NCBI GenBank assembly: GCA_013265495.1
Contig: MU063252.1
Location: forward strand, 930,001-994,000
Length of the DNA: 64,000 nt
Reading direction: 5' to 3'
DNA from: Vicugna vicugna
Lineage: Eukaryota
Shown here: positions 63,906 through 64,000 of the stretch, piece by piece
How the letters are laid out: each line of letters begins with the position of its first letter
Numbering within the stretch: position 1 is the first letter of the stretch
The notes under the pieces: model-generated
The model's database searches: none
The model's input: only the letters and a program-made list of their open reading frames with translations
Told to the model about the DNA's origin: nothing
Made by a program: the position numbers and the translations under genes

Positions 63906-64000
63906 ATTATCTTCCTCATTTATGTTGTCTTTTTCACGGGTTGTAAAAAAATCTTAATACGTAATGTTAAGGATTATTCTGTCCTCATGTGTATTAGGAT

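Overview
Mammalian genomic DNA with four short N gaps. It is most likely from a camelid, judged by three tRNA-Ala(AGC)-derived SINEs with the camelid-type tail and by my not finding Alu, B1/B2, Bov or PRE SINEs. The window holds the 5' end of GABRB2 (GABA-A receptor beta-2 subunit) on the + strand. About 18 kb of upstream intergenic DNA is followed by a CpG-island promoter (~18.3-20.05 kb) and three coding exons (20906-20982, 21139-21230, 22184-22251; 77+92+68 nt = 79 codons). These encode [79 protein letters not shown]. The rest of the window is a >41 kb intron; the next exon (DYTLTMYFQQ...) is not present. Most other sequence is ordinary interspersed repeat: MIR, L2, L1, MER5A, MER20, MER58A and MER44/Tigger7. 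None of the listed ORFs is a real independent gene. I did not find a convincing previously undescribed biological system. The best leads are regulatory: a two-ATG uORF lying between two candidate splice acceptors just upstream of the GABRB2 start, an NRF1 palindrome inside it, candidate non-coding first exons, a perfect DR1 nuclear-receptor element, and lineage-specific retroposon insertions in intron 3. Gene and repeat identifications come from recalled sequences, not from a database search; repeat boundaries are approximate.
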